A stretch of 64,000 nucleotides of DNA, taken from IMG/VR virus record IMGVR_UViG_3300028638_000009; one strand, 5' to 3'. Under the pieces are notes generated by a model. The model worked only from the letters and a program-made list of their open reading frames with translations. It was not told the origin of the DNA and did not search any database. How positions within the stretch are numbered: position 1 is the stretch's first letter; every line of letters starts with the position of its first letter. Positions 47,729-57,842 of this stretch are shown piece by piece. The position numbers were made by a program, and so were the translations under genes. This DNA is from an uncultured virus (IMG/VR IMGVR_UViG_3300028638_000009). Lineage: Duplodnaviria > Heunggongvirae > Uroviricota > Caudoviricetes.

Positions 47729-48625
47729 TCACTGTTTCTTGACGTGATTCTGTCGTCTTATCCTGGTCACTTCTCCAACTCCCCTTTTTCCCACAGTGCT
47801 GATAATCTTTTTGCCCTGGAGGTCAGGGATTGTAGGAGTGTACGGAGGATTTGTGCCGCACGCTGGAGGAGAATATGGTTCGCCCACACGCCGCATGTCT
47901 GGGTAGGCCCCACGAGCTCCCGCTCCGTATACTTCTTCCCAGTAGTCATGCTCGTCGTCGTATCCGCCTCGCCTGGAACGGTGGTCCGGGTACTTTGGGT
48001 TGGAATAGTCCTTGGGCTCGTACGGAAGGGGATCCTTACGATAATGCGTTCCAGGAGCTCCAGTATAGGTGTGAAGTGGCCGAACCTTTTCAGCGAGTTC
48101 TTTCTTGAGTACTGCGCGAAGCTCGTCATTTTCTGCAGCGTCTACCACCCAGTCAACTTTACTGAGAATGATCTTTCCGAGAACTGAATCTTTTACGAAT
48201 ACATCGGTACTGATCTCGCCTTTTTTGTTTGCGATTACCCGGATGTAGAATGGCGGCTCTGCCCCGTACAGCGTCTTGAACTGAGTATCATCCTGCCCTG
48301 ACGCGAACACTCCCATATTAACGTGAGAATGCCCCCACAGGTACAACCCAACCTCATGCTGGTTTTCCATGGTGATGATGTTATCCGTCCACATTTGACG
48401 ATTGAGACGAGCAACGGCATCCGGATCCAGTTCTGTAGTAGTTGCGTGGACGCCCTGATCTACAAGGAACAGATCCATTACGCGGAATTGAAGAGGGCCT
48501 TCTCTTTTAACAAGGCACAGCCATCCAACTTCAGTATGACACAGATCCACTACCAGCTCCATCTTTCTCTGTGCGATCTTGTCAACGATTATCTTTGCTT
48601 TAGCATCAAGGAATTTAATTTCCAT
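47729..48625 (-). CDS. JAB/JAMM metallopeptidase
   Basis: E32 in TEVGW; HSHVNMGVFASGQDD (HxH-x7-S-x2-D); long disordered tail. Confidence 0.9.
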   Translation of the reverse strand: MEIKFLDAKAKIIVDKIAQRKMELVVDLCHTEVGWLCLVKREGPLQFRVMDLFLVDQGVHATTTELDPDAVARLNRQMWTDNIITMENQHEVGLYLWGHSHVNMGVFASGQDDTQFKTLYGAEPPFYIRVIANKKGEISTDVFVKDSVLGKIILSKVDWVVDAAENDELRAVLKKELAEKVRPLHTYTGAPGTHYRKDPLPYEPKDYSNPKYPDHRSRRGGYDDEHDYWEEVYGAGARGAYPDMRRVGEPYSPPACGTNPPYTPTIPDLQGKKIISTVGKRGVGEVTRIRRQNHVKKQ

Positions 48626-48646
48626 TACAGTCTCCTTATAGGTGTA

Positions 48647-48672
48647 AGAGGAGGGGACTTTGCCCCTCCTCT
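48647..48672 (-). other. Stem-loop between E2-like and JAB genes (no U tract)
   Basis: agaggagggg-actttg-cccctcctct. Confidence 0.55.
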
Positions 48673-48689
48673 ATGTTATCAAGTCATCT

Positions 48690-51600
48690 TTAGGCAGTAG
48701 TAGTAGTTCCGTTAAACGTATGTGCGTATATTGAGGTCCACCCGGTCGTGTTTACGAAATAGGACCAGTTACTACTAGATGTTGGGGAAGTCTGACTAGC
48801 GGCATGTCCGTCATAGTACTCCTTGCGTTTTTCGGTCACTATCCTTACTGACTCCAATATACGTTCAGTCTCACTCTCAGAAAAAGCCTGTTGAGGTATG
48901 AGCGCGCTCAGTTCAGCCCCTCCCCATATGTCGTAATGGTTCTTTTTCGAATGATTTGAGTTGATCATCTTCGGATCTTTTAGAATGCTGAATAGCAATT
49001 CTTCAGATCTTCTCAATACGGATTCAGGAATTTCTGGAACAATGCTTTCGCCGTACTTGTAGGATATGGCAGACACAGTGTCATTCACACTATTCAAATC
49101 AGCCAATTTTGCCCACTGAGAATCTGTCCACTTGTGATGGCTATATTCGGGGATATCCAGCTTATGCCTCCAGGTTTCGTACGCTGTAGCGTACAGATCC
49201 CAGGTCATAGTTTCAATGGCAGCATATCTGTCTGGAGTAAACACAATACGGCTTGCCTGACTTGGATGTCCAGCATGAAACACTCCAAATTTGATCAAGT
49301 TGTACAGTGTAGCGGGTACTGACGGCCACTTATAGATGTTGTTACCATAGCCGTCGTTCAAGTTTACGCTATTAACATAAGACTTGCACAGAAGTACAGT
49401 TGAAGTAAGGTCACCCTTACTCATAGCATCTCTCAATGCCGGAGCTATATTGCCATAACACGCAACCCCGTTTCTTACATGGGGGGCGTCTATGGTTCGG
49501 GCTTCGGTAGCCCCTATCCGCTGTGCAATATCCCTTGGATATCGGGTCTCCAGGTGATTGTTGCAGTAGAAGAACGCCTGCGCATTGCTGGTTCCAAACC
49601 CGGTAAGGACTAGAACTACTTTACCTATATTGTACACAGATGCGTACGCCCAGATATTTGCCTGAGGCAGCAGAACAGATATGTCTGATCCACATACTCT
49701 GGCCCCAAGAATCTCCCCTGAAGCAATGAGCCGGGATATCTTCTGTTCGTCAGTCAGGATTGCATCCGCGGTCTTAAGCTCTCTCAGTTCCCTGGAAGAG
49801 CTCCTCAATATGGGCACGGATTCGCGAAACTCTTTTGCGTATTGTTCTCTAAGCGATCTGAGTTTGGCAGCTTTTGCAGTCATGGCCTCCTTTATCAGCC
49901 GCTTCTTGTTAACACGCAATACAGAGCTTATTTCAGATTGTACATACCTGTCTGGTACTGCACTGCACATCTCTTCGATTTCTTCGTTAGTTGGAGCAGC
50001 GATTTCACCCAGTGGTATTAATGACGCCAGCGCCGTAAGAATCCTGTACTTCATGAGGTCTTTGTCTTTCAACAGCAGTCCGTTTCTGATGTACATGATT
50101 CTTTTCAGGTTAGGGCTTTCCAGGGTTAGCGCTAATGGCCTTACAGTGCGCCCGCCATTTCCGCGATTAGACCGGGTCTGTTTTAGCCGTTCCGTATCAG
50201 TCCACAGTATTGACTGTTCTGTCTGTGCCAAAGTGTCTACTTCCAGGGCATTTGAGACTAAAGTCTTTATCCCCCCTCTAGAAACAATTTGGCACGCTTC
50301 AGAGACATAACCACGCTCATTGGGAAGTCTCGCGGCAATCTTATATTCAGGATATTTTGTGGTCAGGCTATCCCTGACTGCGACTACATCCCGTATATTT
50401 CTGGCAAGATCTGCGTACACTTCCGATGATTCTGACACCGTATTTAGGTTTACTGACTCCCGCATGCTTTCAGTATCGAACGTACACTCAGGCATGTGCC
50501 CAAGAGCAGTTGAGGCGTAGTTAGATACGTGACCCGCAGATATAGCGTATATAATTCGATGCTTGCTCAACACCTCATTACATTTGTCGGGGTCAACTAT
50601 GCCTCGAGTTGAGTAGAATAAAGAAGTTGGGTACCTACTTTCGCGGGCCCCATCCATCTTACTTCCTACTCTACCGCGCTTAGCCTTTACTGATCGGGAG
50701 AATGTCTGAATATACTCTTTGATCTCGTCGGGAATTTCTTCACCCATTTTGTCGAGCTCAAGAATGTTCAGATATTCATTGTTGCACAGTTCCGCATTTA
50801 CCTTTTTCTCTTTGTACACGGTTATCTCGTGATTTGAGTACTTCAGCTCCTGTGCAATAAGCGGTCGTCTGTCTGTGATGACATACATCTTGTCGCATAT
50901 GGAGTTTAGCATGGCCTCAAACATAGATTCCAACTTTAATCGGTTATCTGATGTAAGGTGTCTAGTAGCATTTGACCATATTAATTCCTGAAGGCCATTG
51001 TGCAGCATCAACAGAGGCTTTTCCCTGGTTATTCCGAGCGCAGTCTGCAGATATTCACCTTCGGTACCCCGTAACATTGACGCCACTGAAGACATATTCG
51101 ATTTCATAGTTGACAACACCGAATCTATTGAAGTGGCTAGCGCCATTCTAGTTCTGGTATAGTCGTAGTTATGATATCCGTATATCTTTCCATGTGCGTC
51201 CCCGATTATTGGAAGCAGGGGCACCGCCAGGTACATATTCCGCTTGTATTTTACGAATTTGGACACAACATGAGGGGTGTTATTTCCAAGTCCGTACACT
51301 ACATCTATCGGAGTAGATGTATCGGTGCTGACATAGTATGCTGCATGCACTTTTGGAGACGCCATTTCGCATACTGTGTTCGCAATATCTGCCAGGTAGC
51401 TCAATAGCACATCTGCGATGGTTATCGCCGACATGTACACAGAAACGTCAACCCTCACCTTTGCCCCCATGGATACAACATCGCTTCCCAAACCTATTGC
51501 CTTCAAGGAATCAGAGGATTCTGGAAGAATAGTGAACAAGTTGCACCCACTAGTGTCATTAGAGTAGTATCCCAGTTCCATAGCACGATGAATCCAGTTC

Positions 51601-53108
51601 CCTATTGCGTGGATAGCCGCTTCTTTACCGTCAGTGGTGTTTTCCAGCCCCGCATCTTCGAGCACAGACCCTAGACTGGGATTAGCGGTGACACGAATTC
51701 CTTCAAGACTCACAGCTTCCATCTTAGCCGCGGCTGCAGCCAGTATATACTTCATTCCGTGGGTAGGGCAGGTATCACTTTTCCATTCAGAAGCTGTATA
51801 TACTTTATTTCCGGCGGTGTTTAGGTGGAACATTCTCTGCGTCTGAATGTATAGGCAATCTTCGAATGCCGACTCTTCAGTAAGGGTACGCTCCAGGAAT
51901 TTGTTAGCGATAGCTATTCCTGTGTCAACGGCCCAAGCTTCGCGAGAGTCCGAAGGTCTGTTCGCACAGGTTATTGAGAGCTTACCTTCTTTCTTCTCGA
52001 GACCGAAATAAGCCTTAATTCGTCCAATTCCGCGAAGTCCTGGAGATTTGAAATGGCTAGGCCTGTCGCTGAAAGAGCAGTTCATCTCCACTATCAGCGC
52101 ATTTCCGTTGAAGAGGCTTTTACCTGCCTTGGCCAGGTTATTTCTGCACACGACTAGATTTTTATTGCTGGTGCAGGCATCGTATATTGATTCAAACGCC
52201 AATGAATTGAGTCGCTTAACACGCTCAGCATAGCTGGAGGTGTTAACTTTGTACAGTTCATCGATCATATCTTCAGAGAAGTCAGATATGCACGTCCTTC
52301 CGAGCTTTGCAGACAAGGTATGCAGATCATCTGGTGTTGTTGGTACGGCCTTTTTGGGCGCAGAAGAATTCTTGGACAGTTTTGCCGCGAGCTTCTTTAC
52401 TACATCAGAGGGATTAGGCTTATTTTTTGTAGTCTTCTCCTCTTTTACTTCTACGAGAAGTTTAGCCGACACCTTTTCACGCGGAATCATGAATCTTCCG
52501 TCAGTATACATGTAGTTTACTACATTTTCCGCCAGTTTTTCGGGAGCTACGACCTCCCCCAGGAATTTCACAATAGTAAGCTCTTCCGCGGGTACGGGTT
52601 CTGCTTTTGACGCATTGCTTCTCAAGGGCACAGACACATCTGTAGCCACCTCTATAGCGGCAACTTCCTTTCTTGGGGCCATTATTTCTTTAATGAAGTT
52701 CGCCATATCATTGGTGTCCAGAATGGTGTCTGTTTCCACCTCCAACATCGCGCGAACATCATCCTCCGTTTTCAGGAAATTTGTACGTCCGTATTCTGGG
52801 ATATCTATAAGAGACGGCAGTACGAACACATATATGTCAGGAACGCCGCCTCTCGCAAACGCAGAAAGAGATCTTAGAGGGGTGCTGGTAACCACATTAT
52901 TTCTATCCAGCTGAAATAATATGTTTCCAGCTCCTCTGGACAGTATTGCTACTACTGCCCCTCCTTCAGGTATTTTTGAGAATAATAGCGAGTCTCCGCC
53001 ATTAAAAATAGCTTCCGTGACGTTAGTATCGTCATTTATCAACTCGTGGTAAAATCGGGCAGAGCGCTCTACCGCGGTAGTGCCCTCCATCATTACAATC
53101 TTGAACAT
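48690..53108 (-). CDS. 1472-aa protein with C-terminal prokaryotic E2-like domain
   Basis: Coiled coil, then APHVRNGVACYGN (Cys1217)...SVNLNDGYG..IYKWP; operonic with JAB, E1 and Ubl. Confidence 0.7.
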   Translation of the reverse strand: MFKIVMMEGTTAVERSARFYHELINDDTNVTEAIFNGGDSLLFSKIPEGGAVVAILSRGAGNILFQLDRNNVVTSTPLRSLSAFARGGVPDIYVFVLPSLIDIPEYGRTNFLKTEDDVRAMLEVETDTILDTNDMANFIKEIMAPRKEVAAIEVATDVSVPLRSNASKAEPVPAEELTIVKFLGEVVAPEKLAENVVNYMYTDGRFMIPREKVSAKLLVEVKEEKTTKNKPNPSDVVKKLAAKLSKNSSAPKKAVPTTPDDLHTLSAKLGRTCISDFSEDMIDELYKVNTSSYAERVKRLNSLAFESIYDACTSNKNLVVCRNNLAKAGKSLFNGNALIVEMNCSFSDRPSHFKSPGLRGIGRIKAYFGLEKKEGKLSITCANRPSDSREAWAVDTGIAIANKFLERTLTEESAFEDCLYIQTQRMFHLNTAGNKVYTASEWKSDTCPTHGMKYILAAAAAKMEAVSLEGIRVTANPSLGSVLEDAGLENTTDGKEAAIHAIGNWIHRAMELGYYSNDTSGCNLFTILPESSDSLKAIGLGSDVVSMGAKVRVDVSVYMSAITIADVLLSYLADIANTVCEMASPKVHAAYYVSTDTSTPIDVVYGLGNNTPHVVSKFVKYKRNMYLAVPLLPIIGDAHGKIYGYHNYDYTRTRMALATSIDSVLSTMKSNMSSVASMLRGTEGEYLQTALGITREKPLLMLHNGLQELIWSNATRHLTSDNRLKLESMFEAMLNSICDKMYVITDRRPLIAQELKYSNHEITVYKEKKVNAELCNNEYLNILELDKMGEEIPDEIKEYIQTFSRSVKAKRGRVGSKMDGARESRYPTSLFYSTRGIVDPDKCNEVLSKHRIIYAISAGHVSNYASTALGHMPECTFDTESMRESVNLNTVSESSEVYADLARNIRDVVAVRDSLTTKYPEYKIAARLPNERGYVSEACQIVSRGGIKTLVSNALEVDTLAQTEQSILWTDTERLKQTRSNRGNGGRTVRPLALTLESPNLKRIMYIRNGLLLKDKDLMKYRILTALASLIPLGEIAAPTNEEIEEMCSAVPDRYVQSEISSVLRVNKKRLIKEAMTAKAAKLRSLREQYAKEFRESVPILRSSSRELRELKTADAILTDEQKISRLIASGEILGARVCGSDISVLLPQANIWAYASVYNIGKVVLVLTGFGTSNAQAFFYCNNHLETRYPRDIAQRIGATEARTIDAPHVRNGVACYGNIAPALRDAMSKGDLTSTVLLCKSYVNSVNLNDGYGNNIYKWPSVPATLYNLIKFGVFHAGHPSQASRIVFTPDRYAAIETMTWDLYATAYETWRHKLDIPEYSHHKWTDSQWAKLADLNSVNDTVSAISYKYGESIVPEIPESVLRRSEELLFSILKDPKMINSNHSKKNHYDIWGGAELSALIPQQAFSESETERILESVRIVTEKRKEYYDGHAASQTSPTSSSNWSYFVNTTGWTSIYAHTFNGTTTTA

Positions 53109-53118
53109 TAATCCCTCC

Positions 53119-53694
53119 TTAGTCGTCCGATAGTACTTCTTTTGATTCTACCCGCATGCCGTTTTCTGCTCTGAATTCTGCGTTATCAGGACCATCAAAC
53201 GGAGCGCAGACTTCTGTCACGTCTTCCGCAAATAGATTGTTGAAAGACTCAACCAGTGAGTCAACATCGCAAGTGTTCAGGTAGCTGTTTATAGCTTTAA
53301 GAACTTCCAGCCGAACGTCGTCGTTGTCACCTCTGGATGACATCATGAACTTTTCTCTGCCATTCTTTGGTATTCCGCCCATGGCGTCGAGCTCGTCAAT
53401 GGTGGCTTCCAGGTCTTTAAGATCGCAATCTGCTATGGTGTCAATAAAGTACGACAGCAGCATGGATCTGAGTTGAGATGTGGACGCTACTCCTTCGTTT
53501 TTAAGCCATGAGAACCCACATTCCAGGCAACAATGAATTATGAATTCTCCGTCTTCATTTACATCTATAGCCGCGGATTTAGGCAAGCCATTTTTCTGAC
53601 CGAAGTTCGGGTCGCTGATCATTATGGGATTGATATTGTCATCCCCGCAGCGGGGACATGCGGTTCCTTCTTTATGCATTAAGTGTATTGACAT
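53119..53694 (-). CDS. Zinc-ribbon plus acidic helical protein, first gene of the Ubl operon
   Basis: CPRCG...CLECG; GGAGG SD. Confidence 0.65.
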   Translation of the reverse strand: MSIHLMHKEGTACPRCGDDNINPIMISDPNFGQKNGLPKSAAIDVNEDGEFIIHCCLECGFSWLKNEGVASTSQLRSMLLSYFIDTIADCDLKDLEATIDELDAMGGIPKNGREKFMMSSRGDNDDVRLEVLKAINSYLNTCDVDSLVESFNNLFAEDVTEVCAPFDGPDNAEFRAENGMRVESKEVLSDD

Positions 53695-53722
53695 AAAACC
53701 TCCAGTTAATTAAGTTATCTTT

Positions 53723-53767
53723 CTTATACCAATTTAAAAAATATGGGTGGAGATTTCTCTCCACCCA
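53723..53767 (-). promoter_or_regulatory. Terminator (GAAA loop) followed by GGTATAAG motif
   Basis: tgggtggaga-tttc-tctccaccca at 53744-53767; motif at 53723-53730. Confidence 0.75.
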
Positions 53768-53795
53768 CCTACGTTTGCACAATTACCTTATCTAT

Positions 53796-56123
53796 TTATC
53801 CACATTTAGAGAATCCGCATGCCATGCATATACGACATCCTTCCGACAGGGTTAGTGTCTCCGCACATCTTGGACACCTATTTGGGTCTGACGCGTACAC
53901 TACTGGCGGCTCTAGTTGTTTGAAGATCACTTCTTCTCCATTAAATACCGGAGTCCAGGCGGGGGCATCTTTTATCTTGTATGATTGTGGCGAGATCTTT
54001 TCAGCATGTTTTACCAGCGCCTCAAGACTCTTTCCTATTGCATCCGGACAGGACAATACCCTCGTCCCGTCTGGTTGTTTTCCTTGTGATTTGCCAGCTA
54101 TAGTGGATAAGCATCTTATCCCCTTTAACTGGTCTATTACTTCGTTTACATCTACCCCTGACCTTAGAGCCAGGGATATTAATCGTGCGGTTGCTTCGCT
54201 CTGTGAGGGACATCCACCTGATCTCCCAAGGTTGGTGAATACTTCACACGGACCGGACTCATCTGTATTAACTGTAACATACAGATTTCCGCATCCTATT
54301 TTTACCTTGTTTGTTTCTCCTACAGTTTTAGTCGGACGCTCCCGTTTTTCCGTTGGCTTTGATCCACATGTGCATGATGCGCATCCACTTGAACATTCAA
54401 TAGATGGAGATGCGTTGTTCGAAGTAGGTGCTACCGGCATAGTATGCAGTTTAGCAGGCTCTGACTTTATCTCGTTCAGAACCTGTTCATCTCTGGACCC
54501 ATCCCGATACACCGTAAATCCTTTTACCCCTTCTTTCCACGCTCGGATTATTGTATTGCGAATATCTTCCCTTGTAGCAGAATTTGGGAGATTTATGGTT
54601 TTAGACACGGAATTGTCTACCTTAGATTGAACAGTGATGAGCATGCTCATATGTTCATCAGGGGTAACCTGATCAGATGTTGGCCACACTTCTTTGCCAC
54701 TGTATTTCAGGAATTTTCCCTTATTCTCCACCAATTCTTCCAGTATTTCTCGCTGTTCTGCCTCTGATCGTGTGCGGAGAAAGTCGAGAAGGGACACGGG
54801 CATAATCTTAAGATTACCCATCTTAACGCTTTTTCTATCATATAGCGCACGGAAGTGAGGCTCTATTCCACCCGAAGCTCCAGCCACTACACCAGTAGTT
54901 CCAGTAGGAGCTACCAATGTTAGCGTAGCATTCTTATAATCCATAGCTGCGCTGGAAGCACGGGCATATCTGTTAAGGCTATCGAATATGTCTTTAGTGA
55001 CTGCTATGGCAGCACTAGACCCATATCGTATCCCCATGGCAGACAGAGTATCAGCCAACCCCATCACCCCCAAACCTATTTTACGACTAAGTTTGGTAGC
55101 TTTGTTTATTGCAGGAATTGGAGCTTCACTCTTATCGATAATGGAGTTTAGGAAGTCAACAGCATACTCAACGTCAGCTTCCAGCTCTTTCCATTTTATA
55201 GTGCTCCGTAATTCCCCTTTATCCCAGAAGGGCACCACATACTTGTAAAGGTTCATGGCACCGAGGTTACATGATTCGTTTGGCAGTAAGAAAGTTTCTC
55301 CACACGGATTAGAAACTTCCAAACCTATGTTAAACTGCTCAAACAGCTTATTGTGACCTACAGTACCGCTTCTGTTTACGGTGTCAATGAACTGCACACC
55401 CGGCTCGCCATTTCTCCAGGAGCAATCAACTATCGCATCCATTATTTCTTTTGGATTGATAGATGTTTCCTTGTCCCATCTTGGATGTGACAATCTGAAA
55501 GATGTACTTCCAGATAGATACGCTTCCATGAAGGCGTCTGTAATTGCAACACTGATGTTGAAATTAGAGACATCTCCTTCTTTCGTTTTACACCGTATAA
55601 ATGACATAATATCAGGATGATCCACCCTGAGATTAGCCATGGCTGCCCCTCTGCGGGTCCCTCCCTGACGGACAGCCGCTATAATAGCGTCAAACACCTT
55701 CAAGAACGACAGTGGTCCGCTGGACACGCCCTTTGTCGTATGTACAGAACTTCCATCAGGTCTAAGACGAGATAGGCTGACCCCAACTCCGCCGCCTTCC
55801 TTGAAGACCATAGCCATATCTCTAGCGGTGTTGAATATGCTCTCCATACTGTCTTCCAGAGGGAGCACGAAACACGCTGCCAGAGACTTCATATGGGTTC
55901 CGGCATTCATCCAGCACGGTGAGTTCGGTACGAATTTCTTCTGACGAAGAATTTCCCTCATCCGATCCCTTCTCGGTACTGACCAGTCTGAACATACATA
56001 GTTAGCAACGCGATTAACTATGTCTTCGAAGGAATTATCCCCCTCTTTAGCCCAGTAAGTCATGGCTACTTCATTTCCTACTGCATCCATGTCCAACGAC
56101 ATGATTTCCTTGATATCCATCAT
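53796..56123 (-). CDS. nrdJ: Class II (B12-dependent) ribonucleotide reductase with TSCPD domain
   Basis: PNSP, ACFV, QGGTRRGA, NPCGE, SCNLG, APTGT, SKTIN, YRDGSR, LSCPDAI, terminal Zn ribbon; no beta-subunit gene adjacent. Confidence 0.93.
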   Translation of the reverse strand: MMDIKEIMSLDMDAVGNEVAMTYWAKEGDNSFEDIVNRVANYVCSDWSVPRRDRMREILRQKKFVPNSPCWMNAGTHMKSLAACFVLPLEDSMESIFNTARDMAMVFKEGGGVGVSLSRLRPDGSSVHTTKGVSSGPLSFLKVFDAIIAAVRQGGTRRGAAMANLRVDHPDIMSFIRCKTKEGDVSNFNISVAITDAFMEAYLSGSTSFRLSHPRWDKETSINPKEIMDAIVDCSWRNGEPGVQFIDTVNRSGTVGHNKLFEQFNIGLEVSNPCGETFLLPNESCNLGAMNLYKYVVPFWDKGELRSTIKWKELEADVEYAVDFLNSIIDKSEAPIPAINKATKLSRKIGLGVMGLADTLSAMGIRYGSSAAIAVTKDIFDSLNRYARASSAAMDYKNATLTLVAPTGTTGVVAGASGGIEPHFRALYDRKSVKMGNLKIMPVSLLDFLRTRSEAEQREILEELVENKGKFLKYSGKEVWPTSDQVTPDEHMSMLITVQSKVDNSVSKTINLPNSATREDIRNTIIRAWKEGVKGFTVYRDGSRDEQVLNEIKSEPAKLHTMPVAPTSNNASPSIECSSGCASCTCGSKPTEKRERPTKTVGETNKVKIGCGNLYVTVNTDESGPCEVFTNLGRSGGCPSQSEATARLISLALRSGVDVNEVIDQLKGIRCLSTIAGKSQGKQPDGTRVLSCPDAIGKSLEALVKHAEKISPQSYKIKDAPAWTPVFNGEEVIFKQLEPPVVYASDPNRCPRCAETLTLSEGCRICMACGFSKCG

Positions 56124-56129
56124 GTCTCC

Positions 56130-56432
56130 TTAGTCTCTTTTGTCCGTTGAAAACGCGCCCATTATAGATGACATTGCATCCGCCATCTCTTTCGTTGTTC
56201 TATCGTCTCTGACTTTCTTTTCTGACATCATTGCATCTGCGAAGTTATACGCAGTTTCTGCCATCTTCTTGGCATACGATCCGTTTTCGATCCCATCCTT
56301 AGTTATGAACTGCATAAGCTCAGGGTTAGCGTGCATGCCCATTGCGATAGCCGCGGCGAATACATCCCTTGGCATGAGAGCAATCTGCATAAATGATCCG
56401 TTAGACAACATCTTTGAAAATTCTTCCATCAT
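56130..56432 (-). CDS. Hypothetical phage protein
   Basis: RDVFAAAIAMG...AY.FADAM pattern; AAGGAG SD. Confidence 0.65.
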   Translation of the reverse strand: MMEEFSKMLSNGSFMQIALMPRDVFAAAIAMGMHANPELMQFITKDGIENGSYAKKMAETAYNFADAMMSEKKVRDDRTTKEMADAMSSIMGAFSTDKRD

Positions 56433-56456
56433 ACTTATTTCTCCTTAAAATAAAAT

Positions 56457-56482
56457 GGACAGGTATGATAGCATACCTGTCC
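56457..56482 (-). terminator. Intrinsic terminator
   Basis: ggacaggtatg-atag-catacctgtcc with U-rich run on - strand. Confidence 0.7.
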
Positions 56483-56506
56483 GAGGTTAGTCACTGGGTA
56501 CGTTAA

Positions 56507-57715
56507 TTATTCTTCTTCGTCTTCTCCCTCGTATTTGAGGCTGAACTCAGGGTTAATGTACTTGAACGATTTGAACATGTTTACCCTCTGATTTCCGAGT
56601 CGGCACACAAATCCTTCTGCGATTTGAGTTGGCAGCAGTCTTGACATGTGCCCCCATGGTCGGGTCTTTACCAGGGATTCTAGATCTTCCATGGATTTGC
56701 ATTTTACGCCCAGATCCAATACTGGGACCATGTCCATAGGTATGTTGTGTACGAATAGCATCTTCTTTATTTCAGAAGGTGAGTACTCTACAACGTCATT
56801 TGAAGCACCTTTGCAGGTGATCTCTTTCAGATTGAACAGGTAAAATTTGTAGTCTTTCACCTTATACTTGTTCTTCTGAATGTCAGGGCCTATGGTTTCT
56901 CCCTGGAGTACCAGATAGGTATTCGCGGGCAACTTCATGCTCTCATGCAGTCTTCGCATTATTTTATTGGCAGAGCAGTTTTCAGCAGATTTCCACCACC
57001 ATGACCCGTCATTGTGAACTTTGGTGAAGTTTCTGCTGCAGACCATGAAGGTTTCCCCCATCAACAGTTTCATCAACCAGTTATTCGGCCTGTAGATAAA
57101 TGTAGTAGACGTTCCGTCAATCTTTTCTGTGAAATCAATTTCCCTGTCCACGAAGTTTGACTTCATGCCATGTGACATGTTCTGCCATCTCTCTTCGTCA
57201 GTCTTGGATACGATGTGGGTGGGGAAATTACCCGCGCCGCGTCTACGCTGGAAGTATTTTCCAACGATGGGAATACGGCGCAGCAATCGGATATACCACG
57301 GTGCTGGCTTGCCTGGAGTTTTAAGTCTGTTCGCTTCCTCACGTGCGGCTTCAGGATCGTATTTAGTAACCCCGATTACATCGCTGAGGTCTGTGCCAAT
57401 TGCTGCATCAGTCTGGTACTGTGTAGGATCAATACCAAGTTCTTTCAGCATAGACAACGGCTTAGCCAGCCCCTGAGATATCTGCTTCATGCACTTAATT
57501 GTGCGCACACGATACTTACGTGGTTGCATGAAGTCAAACACGGCATGCTTCGGAAGTATGCTGTCGATTTCGAAATATACACAGAGGGACCCAGGTTTGA
57601 ATTCTCCCTTCTGGGCAACGCACTGCCACCCATCGATCATTACAAGCTCGATCTTGTCGGCTCCGGGTATTTCCACCACATTGTCAATCTTTCTTATTGT
57701 TGCTAGTTTTCTCAT
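56507..57715 (-). CDS. ATP-dependent RNA ligase (DRB0094/Rnl2-like with N-terminal OB fold)
   Basis: MRKLATI..IPGADKIE, SQGL, KTDEER, TEKIDGTS, CSRN, QGE..GP.IQKN, EGFV, SFKYIN. Confidence 0.92.
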   Translation of the reverse strand: MRKLATIRKIDNVVEIPGADKIELVMIDGWQCVAQKGEFKPGSLCVYFEIDSILPKHAVFDFMQPRKYRVRTIKCMKQISQGLAKPLSMLKELGIDPTQYQTDAAIGTDLSDVIGVTKYDPEAAREEANRLKTPGKPAPWYIRLLRRIPIVGKYFQRRRGAGNFPTHIVSKTDEERWQNMSHGMKSNFVDREIDFTEKIDGTSTTFIYRPNNWLMKLLMGETFMVCSRNFTKVHNDGSWWWKSAENCSANKIMRRLHESMKLPANTYLVLQGETIGPDIQKNKYKVKDYKFYLFNLKEITCKGASNDVVEYSPSEIKKMLFVHNIPMDMVPVLDLGVKCKSMEDLESLVKTRPWGHMSRLLPTQIAEGFVCRLGNQRVNMFKSFKYINPEFSLKYEGEDEEE

Positions 57716-57842
57716 ACGTCTCCTTTGTATCAGTATTTTTGTTCTTTGGGTCGGATAGAGTTATATATTTTGTCGTGTCATATGGATAACAGGTTAAACA
57801 GATATCCCCATCATACTCGTTACAGCATGTATTACAAATCAT
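57684..57842 (-). CDS. 52-aa Cys-rich microprotein (not in ORF track)
   Basis: MICNTCCNEYDGDICLTCYP...; ATGA overlap with upstream gene. Confidence 0.55.
   Translation of the reverse strand: MICNTCCNEYDGDICLTCYPYDTTKYITLSDPKNKNTDTKETYEKTSNNKKD

Noticed and set aside
47489..48187. 232-aa + strand ORF
   Set aside because: Antisense to the clearly conserved JAB and E1 genes
49681..50310. 209-aa + strand ORF
   Set aside because: Antisense shadow within the 1472-aa gene
53743..54630. 295-aa + strand ORF
   Set aside because: Antisense to nrdJ; starts inside a terminator hairpin
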